NCBI GenBank assembly: GCA_965207735.1
Contig: OZ242296.1
Coordinates: forward strand, 64,001 to 128,000
Direction of reading: 5' to 3'
Length of the DNA stretch: 64,000 nt
DNA from: Candidatus Versatilivorator sp.
GTDB lineage: Bacteria; Acidobacteriota; Terriglobia; Versatilivoradales; Versatilivoraceae
The position numbers were made by a program, and so were the translations under genes. Numbering within the stretch: position 1 is the stretch's first letter; each line of letters begins with the position of its first letter. Shown in pieces: positions 59,136 through 64,000 of the stretch. Under the pieces are notes generated by a model, which worked only from the letters and a program-made list of their open reading frames with translations, ran no database searches and had not been told where the DNA came from.

Positions 59136-59348
59136 TTGCAGCGGCTCTGATACGTGACTCGTACGGGCCAAATTTCCAGACGCTCATCATCCGGCAACGA
59201 CCTGCGAGGCCGGGTTCTGGAACCCTTCACATTCCATCCTCGGAATCACGCCCATCACGGTCCCGGCACGGCATTGTGCCTCTTGCCCCTGCGGTGGTAA
59301 CATGCTGTCAACTCCAGAGTTGACGTGAAGGTGGGAGGAAACCCGACG

Positions 59349-60392
59349 ATGCCCGGCTCCAGCCGCAGAGCGCTTCTCAGGAAGGTGGGCCTGATGGCCG
59401 GGGCCGCCGCGTTGAAGGCTCCGGTCGCCGGATGGGCCGGACCGCGTTCCCCCAACCGCCCGGACATGGACCGATTGCGGGAGCGTATCCAGGGCGTTCA
59501 CTGCTTTATGGTGACTCCCTTTCATCCGGACGGCAGCCTCAACGCCGAGGGTCTTCGCCGCAACATCGCCCACCACGCCGATGCCGGAATCCAGGACATG
59601 ACCATCGTGGTTGGGGGCGGCATGGGGGAGATCTTCTCGCTGGACCTGCAGGAGCATCGGGCCATGGCGGAAGCCGCGGCCAGTGGCGCCCAGGGCAAGT
59701 TGCCGGTGGTGGTGGGGGCCTGCGGCGGCTACCGCATGGCCGGGATCATGGCCCGCAACGCCCAGGAAGCCGGCGCCGACGCCATCCTCCTGTTTGCGCC
59801 CCCTTACTGGAGCTGGATTCCCGGGTACGACGAGGGCACCATTCGCTACTTCACCGAGGTGGCGCAATCGATCGACATCGGAGTGGTGCTGGCCACGGTG
59901 TCGGGCCACAATTTCCCCACCGGCAAGGAGAAGTACTGGCCCAGGGTCCTGAAACGTCTGTCCGAGCTTCCCAATGTCCTGGGATTCGAGGATTCCAGCG
60001 GCGACATCGCCATGGGACAGGAGTTGGGGACTCTGGTCTCCGACCGGCTGGTCTGGATCGCCCGCGGCGAGGGGCACGCCGTCAAGGCCCTGCCGGCCGG
60101 AGCCCGCGGCAACACCTCGGCCGTGGCCACCTTCGTCCCTCAGGCCTGCAGGGAGTTTTGCAAGCAGGGGCAGCTGGGAGAGGTCGAGCGCATGCAGGAG
60201 GTGCTCCGGACGCGGATACAGCCCATGGCTCGAGTCAGGTCCCTCAGTCCCGGCTACCACGTGAGCGGGATCAAGGTAGCCCTGGAGGCCCTGGGTCGGG
60301 CCGGCGGTCCAGTCAGGCCCCCGAGCAGGGCCGTGCTTCCCGAGGACCGACCCCGGATCACCGCCATCGCCCGCGAGCATGCCGAGGCTTGA
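59349..60392 (+). CDS. DapA/NAL-family aldolase-fold protein with a Tat signal
   Basis: SRRALL, VTPF, GGMGE, GADAIL..PPY, GFEDSSGD, GPVRPP. Confidence 0.85.
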   Translation: MPGSSRRALLRKVGLMAGAAALKAPVAGWAGPRSPNRPDMDRLRERIQGVHCFMVTPFHPDGSLNAEGLRRNIAHHADAGIQDMTIVVGGGMGEIFSLDLQEHRAMAEAAASGAQGKLPVVVGACGGYRMAGIMARNAQEAGADAILLFAPPYWSWIPGYDEGTIRYFTEVAQSIDIGVVLATVSGHNFPTGKEKYWPRVLKRLSELPNVLGFEDSSGDIAMGQELGTLVSDRLVWIARGEGHAVKALPAGARGNTSAVATFVPQACREFCKQGQLGEVERMQEVLRTRIQPMARVRSLSPGYHVSGIKVALEALGRAGGPVRPPSRAVLPEDRPRITAIAREHAEA

Positions 60393-60459
60393 GCACCGGG
60401 GCTGATCCCCAAGTGGAGCGCGCTCCACCTGAATCGGAAATCATGAAGGTGCGAGTATC

Positions 60460-62433
60460 GTGAACCGGCAAACCTTGTACCCCTGGAAAAGCAGCGGGAC
60501 CGCCACCCGGGCAACCTGCTTTGGGCCGGCGCTGGTGGCCTTGGCGCTGCTGCCCCATGCGGTGGCCCAGGAAATGCCGGCTCCGGAACCCACCGAGCCG
60601 GAGGCCCACTGGATCTATCCGCTGGGAGGACGGCCGGACACCCGCCTGAAGGCCGAGGTCGAAGGCCGGTTGCTGCAGGAGGTGCACGCGGTCTGGTCTC
60701 CTGAGCCGGGCCTCAAAGGCGCCATCCTGGAAGTCCGCCCGGTTTCGGAACAGAAAAAGGAGGGGTCCGAGAAGGGCGGTTACGGAGACAAGGACAAGGC
60801 GCCCACTCAACGGGTTACCCTCGAGTTGGAGATAGATCCCGATGTCCCGAGCGGGGTCCACTCCCTCCACCTGGTTTCCGGACGTGGGATCTCCAATCCG
60901 CTAAGCTTCCTGGTCAGCCCCGATCCGGTCATGGAGGAGTCCGAGATAACGGGTGGGGTTGACTCCAAGCCCCGGACCATCCGTCCCCCGGTCATCCTCA
61001 ACGGCAGGCTCTCCCGAGACGGGGAAGTGGACAGCTACGCGCTGGAGGTGACGGCTGGGGAAGACCTCGCTTTCCAGCTCTTCAGCCCGGCCGAGACTTT
61101 CAGGCAAATCCTCAGGCTGCACAGCGACGAGGGAAGCTGGCTGCACGGAAACCGACCCGCGGAGCTGGAGTTCAGCCACAAGGGCAGCTACAGGCCCTCG
61201 CCGGCCAAGCACTGGCGTCATCGCTTTCACCGTGGCGGTCGCTATCTGATCGGGGTGGGGTCGGTCTACGGCAGGGCCGAACCCGAATTCGTCTATCAGC
61301 TCCGCATCGTGCCGGCTGGAGACGGATCGGCATACGGGGAATGGCCCGGTTCCGAGGGTCCGGTCAAGTGGAGCGAGCGACGGTACCTCAGGGAGTTGAC
61401 CCCGAACAGGCTGCGCCGGCTCCGGGCGCGCACGGTCAAGCCCGCCGGGGATGCGCCCCGGTCCAAGGCAGGCCCGGAATCCGACAAGCATTCGAGGGAG
61501 ACCACGGGCACAGCGGCCCCACCCGGTCCATCTTCGGACGGCGCCAATCCTGCCCCGGTGGTCTTTGAAGAAAAAGAGCCCAACGGAAATCGCGAGCGGG
61601 CCCCAGTGGTTGCGCTGCCGGCTCTGATCGGCGGCAGCATCGAAGTTCCCGGGGACGTGGATTTCTATCGATTTCAACTTTCGGCAGGGCAGACGCTGGT
61701 CTTTGAGGTGGAAACCCCGCGGGTGTCGCCGCCGGCCTTCAGTCCCAGCCTCAAGGTGTTGGATTCCGCCGGCCACCAATTGTTCGACAACAAGCACCGC
61801 AAGATTGCTCTGACCCGTCAGGACCCCATTTTTCTGGTGGAGTTGCTCAAGCTCCATCTCCCTGACCGGGGAAGCTGCAGCATCGGATCTCTTGCCTTTT
61901 TCGAGTCGCTGGAGGCCAAGATGGTGGCCGAGTTCGGCGTTGCCGGAGAGTACACGCTGCAGATCGGCGACCTGACCTCCCAGCAGGGCCGTTCGGACCA
62001 TGCTTACCGGGTTCTGATTCGCCCCGCCATTCCGCACGTGGGAGAGCTTGAGCTCGAAGGGGATCGTATCAATCTCACACGGGGCCAAGTCAGAACGCTG
62101 AAAGTGACCACCGGCCTGGAAGAGGGCTATTCGGGCCAGGTGGCCCTGAGCCTGGAAGGCCTGCCTCCCGGGGTGGCGCCCTTGACCGGCACGGAAGTGG
62201 AGCTCCCCAGCCCCATCGGGCCCACCACCGAGAGCCGAAAAAGCTTCCTGGGGTTCAGCGAGAAGGCCGTTATCCTGTTGCGGGCCGATGAGCAGGCGCC
62301 ATTGACGGACCTGCCGGTGCGGGTCAAGGTGTGGGCGCGGCCGGCTGTCGACAATGAGCTGGGAGACCGGCTGCCGGTGGGAGAGTTTCCACTCATGGTG
62401 ATTGATGCGCGGGAACAGGCGTCCGGTTCGTGA
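60460..62433 (+). CDS. Exported PPC-domain protein (planctomycete-type, partner of DUF1549/1553)
   Basis: IYPLGG, GISNPLSF, NGRL..GEVDSY, EKEPN, GDVDFY, LEGLPPGV. Confidence 0.75.
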   Translation: MNRQTLYPWKSSGTATRATCFGPALVALALLPHAVAQEMPAPEPTEPEAHWIYPLGGRPDTRLKAEVEGRLLQEVHAVWSPEPGLKGAILEVRPVSEQKKEGSEKGGYGDKDKAPTQRVTLELEIDPDVPSGVHSLHLVSGRGISNPLSFLVSPDPVMEESEITGGVDSKPRTIRPPVILNGRLSRDGEVDSYALEVTAGEDLAFQLFSPAETFRQILRLHSDEGSWLHGNRPAELEFSHKGSYRPSPAKHWRHRFHRGGRYLIGVGSVYGRAEPEFVYQLRIVPAGDGSAYGEWPGSEGPVKWSERRYLRELTPNRLRRLRARTVKPAGDAPRSKAGPESDKHSRETTGTAAPPGPSSDGANPAPVVFEEKEPNGNRERAPVVALPALIGGSIEVPGDVDFYRFQLSAGQTLVFEVETPRVSPPAFSPSLKVLDSAGHQLFDNKHRKIALTRQDPIFLVELLKLHLPDRGSCSIGSLAFFESLEAKMVAEFGVAGEYTLQIGDLTSQQGRSDHAYRVLIRPAIPHVGELELEGDRINLTRGQVRTLKVTTGLEEGYSGQVALSLEGLPPGVAPLTGTEVELPSPIGPTTESRKSFLGFSEKAVILLRADEQAPLTDLPVRVKVWARPAVDNELGDRLPVGEFPLMVIDAREQASGS

Positions 62434-62479
62434 GCCAGAGGGACCCTCGGGTGGAATCGGCAGGGTCCGGAGGTGTTTC

Positions 62480-64000
62480 ATGGGGAAACCTGATTGGAAG
62501 AGACTTGTCCGGGGGTTGGTGTTGAGCCTCCTGCCGATCCTGGCGCCCGTACAGCTGGAAGCGGAGAAAGATAGCCGACCCCAGTCCGCAGAAGCGGCAG
62601 CGGGCCCGAACGGCTCGGCAGGCTCCGGCCAATTCCGTTCCCCCGAGAGTCTGCGGGACGTTCGCCTGGTTCCCTCTCAGGTGAGGCTGCAAGGGGAAGG
62701 GGCCTCGCAATCCTTCCTGGTGGTGGCCACCGATGCTCGGGGGCTGGAAGTCGATCTCACCTCCGAGTCGCGGTTCAGCCTGTCGGATGACCGGTTGGCA
62801 GAGGTCGGACCCGAGGGGCTGCTGAGAGCGCACCGGGACGGAGAGGTCAGACTGCGGGCCGAGGTCGCCGGACGGAGACTGGAGGCAGCGGTTGATATCG
62901 AAGGGACCGCACGGGCCAGGCCCTTCGACTTCGCTCGGGATGTGGTCGGGATCTTTACCCGCAACGGTTGCAACGGCAGTGAATGCCACGGCGGGGTCAA
63001 GGGCCGGGGCGGCTTCAAGCTTTCCCTGCACGGTATCAATCCCCGGGAGGACTACCGCTGGACCGTCGAGGGCGGGGTCTATCAGGTGTTGTCCCCCAAG
63101 GCCGCCGAGCCCTTCGACCCTCGGGTAAACCTGGAAGAGCCGCGACAGAGCCGATTGCTGCTGAAGCCCGCGCTGGAGCTGCCCCACGGGGGAGGACAGC
63201 GCTTCGAGAGGGACTCGGCCGACTACCGGCGGCTGCTGGAATGGATTCGCCGGGGGGCTCCCTATGGGGACGGTGGGTCGGAGTCCCGGATCGAGCGCCT
63301 GGAGGTCTTTCCGCCAGAGGCAATCATGGAGCCAGGCACTCGGCGACGACTCCTGGTGACCGCTTTTCTCGAGGACGGCCGCAGTGAAGACCTGAGTCCC
63401 GAGGTGCTTTACGAGAGCAGCGACCCCGCGGTGATCGAGGTCAGCCCGGAGGGTGTGGTGCGCGCCCTCAAGCCGGGGCAGGCCAGAGTGGCGGTGAGGG
63501 CGGAGGGGAAGCTGGTCCAGGTCCGCTGCGGGGTGATTCGACAACCGCTGGCCCAATATCCGGAGGTGGCCGGAGGCAATTTCATCGATGACCGGGTTTT
63601 CGACCGGCTGCGAGACCTGCACATCGTTCCGGCGGGCCTCTCGAGCGATTCCGCCTTCCTGCGCCGGGTCTGTCTGGACCTGACGGGGACCCTTCCGCCT
63701 CCTGCCCGCGTGCGCGAGTTCCTGGCCGACCGGGACCCTCTGAAGCGGGAGCATCTGATCGAGCGATTGCTGAACTCGCCCGAATTTATCGACTACTGGA
63801 CCTTCCGCTTCGCCGACTTCTTCCGGGTGGTCTATCGCAATGCCTACAGTTACAAGAGCTGGATTCGGGAAAGCCTGGCCCGCAACAAGCCCTACGACCA
63901 GATGGCCCGCGAACGGGTGGCGGGCCAGGGCAACGGGGGGGCCACCCGGCATTTCATCAAGTCGATCAGCGGGGAGATCATGCGTCCCCACGAGAAGATG
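62480..64000 (+). CDS. DUF1549/DUF1553 protein with Ig-like domains; runs off the window end
   Basis: Not in the ORF track because it is truncated. GGAGGT RBS, MGKPDW..., FDFARDV...GCNGSECHGGVKGRGGFKLSL, NFIDD, FLRRVCLDLTGTLP, KPYDQM. Confidence 0.88.
   Translation, partial: MGKPDWKRLVRGLVLSLLPILAPVQLEAEKDSRPQSAEAAAGPNGSAGSGQFRSPESLRDVRLVPSQVRLQGEGASQSFLVVATDARGLEVDLTSESRFSLSDDRLAEVGPEGLLRAHRDGEVRLRAEVAGRRLEAAVDIEGTARARPFDFARDVVGIFTRNGCNGSECHGGVKGRGGFKLSLHGINPREDYRWTVEGGVYQVLSPKAAEPFDPRVNLEEPRQSRLLLKPALELPHGGGQRFERDSADYRRLLEWIRRGAPYGDGGSESRIERLEVFPPEAIMEPGTRRRLLVTAFLEDGRSEDLSPEVLYESSDPAVIEVSPEGVVRALKPGQARVAVRAEGKLVQVRCGVIRQPLAQYPEVAGGNFIDDRVFDRLRDLHIVPAGLSSDSAFLRRVCLDLTGTLPPPARVREFLADRDPLKREHLIERLLNSPEFIDYWTFRFADFFRVVYRNAYSYKSWIRESLARNKPYDQMARERVAGQGNGGATRHFIKSISGEIMRPHEKM

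Noticed and set aside
62393-63991. 532-aa minus-strand ORF and similar long ORFs (2045-3691, 6625-8202, 28741-30186, 53026-54615)
   Set aside because: Antisense shadows of real genes in GC-rich DNA

Overview
GC-rich bacterial chromosomal window. Gene content (DUF1549/PPC module, TPR and BsuPI-type proteins, futalosine mqnD) suggests Acidobacteriota or a similar lineage; this is inference only. Most of it is housekeeping: mpl-ldcA, mqnD, rplU-rpmA-obgE-nadD-rsfS-rlmH, frdABCD, rlmN, purB-purSQLFMN and tyrS, followed by an accessory catabolic region. The interesting content is intergenic. (1) An ~870-nt ORF-less group II intron (8930-9798) has an EBS1 loop complementary to the terminal inverted repeat of the ~135-bp MITE/REP-like element it has split, and further copies of that target motif occur in the window. 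(2) An intact DDE insertion sequence with 19-bp TIRs and a 4-bp TSD sits inside a tandem 181-bp repeat. (3) At least five other families of short elements have inverted arms; one still holds a decayed GxxExxY-nuclease gene. All calls were made by eye from motifs; no database search or folding was run.
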